DNA of 64,000 nucleotides from the human T2T-CHM13v2.0 reference genome, Homo sapiens. Shown in pieces: positions 62,250 to 64,000 of the stretch. The stretch is taken from assembly GCF_009914755.1 (NCBI RefSeq), contig NC_060944.1, one strand, 5' to 3'. Below the pieces are notes generated by a model. That model saw only the letters and a list, made by a program, of their open reading frames with translations, was not told the DNA's origin and ran no database searches. A program made the position numbers and the translations under genes. The number at the start of each line of letters is the position of its first letter. Position 1 is the first letter of the stretch.

Positions 62250-63086
62250 TCTCTCTTATTAATTCTAATCTTTTTCATCTGATTATGTTCATAAAGATGT
62301 TTTTGTTGGGTTCTCCTAAATGTGACATCTCATTCCAATTCTAAAATGTGAACTAGCCATCCTAGAACAGCATCAATTGATAATGGTGATCATAGCTCTC
62401 CTTATCTTTGCATCACTTTAATGAGAATGACTCTAATGACTTTCACACTAAGCTGATGGGAGTTGATGGCTTGAAATAGATTTTCTTTGTCACCGTAAAA
62501 ATTATTGTCTAGTTGTTGTTTAGTAAGACTTCCATTTCATTGGAAATAGATAATTAGGTTTTATTAAACACCTTTTCCTTTATGTTATTAATTTTTTTTT
62601 ATTTCTGGGATAACCTCAGTCACGGTACATTACTTTTAATTCCACAGACATGTTTGATTTTCCGATATTTTATTTATGATTTTTACATACATTTTCATAA
62701 GATTGATATGAATTTGTGTGTGTTTGTACACAAGTGTATGCATGTGCAGTATCTTGGCAGATTTTAACATTAGGACTGCACTTGCATTATAATTGTAAAT
62801 GAATAGCGTTACCTCCTCTTTATGCTGTAAATCAGTTTTGGGAGCATGATAATACACTTTTTGTTAATTTTAAAGATGATAACCTTTCAATAGTAGAGAT
62901 TGAGAGCCATTTTTATAGAATACCTTGAAATTTTTTTCAAGTATTCAGTTTATTGATGTACTCAAGTTTTAACTTTTTCTTGAGACCATTTCAATAATTC
63001 ATATTCTTCCTGAAACTTGATCATTTCATTAAAATTTTCATATGTGTTAACAGAAAGTCGCATATGGTAGCCCCATAAATTTGTAA

Positions 63087-63482
<396 letters not shown>

Positions 63483-64000
63483 TAGGTCATTTTATTAATT
63501 TTGTCTAGAGACTATTTACCACTTACCAACTGCACACTCACATCTTATTTTTTCCAATGAAGAATGTGCTGTTCAAGTATATTTTTTTTCTAGATTTTTA
63601 CTGTGACAAACAATGCTTCAACAAACACCTTTTACATTTATCTTGGATCCATGTGTTTTTTAAAATCACAATAAGACAGTCCCTCAAATAGTACTGCTAG
63701 TTCAAAAGTGTGCATATTTTAACTTTAACTTTTACTACACATTTTTCAAACTATTTTCCCCAATCTATAGCAACTCACACTCAAAGGAACAAAGTCGGAG
63801 AATGGCTTATCTTCACTAGTTATGAATGTTACCGTCTTTTTAACTTTGTGCTAATCTATTGGGTAAAAAAATAGGTTATTATTCTTTCTTTAATTTGTAT
63901 TCACTGCTTTTTTATTGCAGTAAGAACACTTGAGATTTAGCTTTTTAACTAATTAAGTACACAATACCATGTTGTTAAGTGTAAACATTGTGTTGTACAG

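Overview
Primate, almost certainly human, genomic DNA. I recognise it as the ZNF343-TMC2 interval of 20p13 from the TMC2 protein sequence and my knowledge of the locus. The only supportable protein-coding sequence is TMC2 coding exons 1-5 on the + strand (25013-25046, 25660-25707, 46845-47163, 50246-50398, 60568-60658). They splice with canonical GT-AG sites and matching phases into 215 codons, and the gene continues beyond the window. The rest is repeat-dense: Alus, old L1s, THE1D, MLT, MER41 and MER4-group LTRs, an antisense ERV env remnant, and DNA transposons. The most unusual part is 2.6-13.8 kb. It is a mosaic of degenerate tandem repeats that I cannot assign to a named family (an AT-rich ~70-80 bp unit, a G-rich ~26 bp unit, and telomere-variant hexamers), rearranged by inverted duplications. 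The CpG island at 12.85-13.95 kb (probable distal ZNF343 promoter, with a strong CTCF motif) is built partly from the 26-bp unit and has a CpG-decayed inverted twin at 9.0-10.2 kb. Two independent MER41 LTRs bracket the island. One keeps an intact tandem GAS pair; the other sits inside an Alu and itself hosts a polyadenylated retrocopy. Repeat subfamily names and most repeat boundaries are by eye and approximate.
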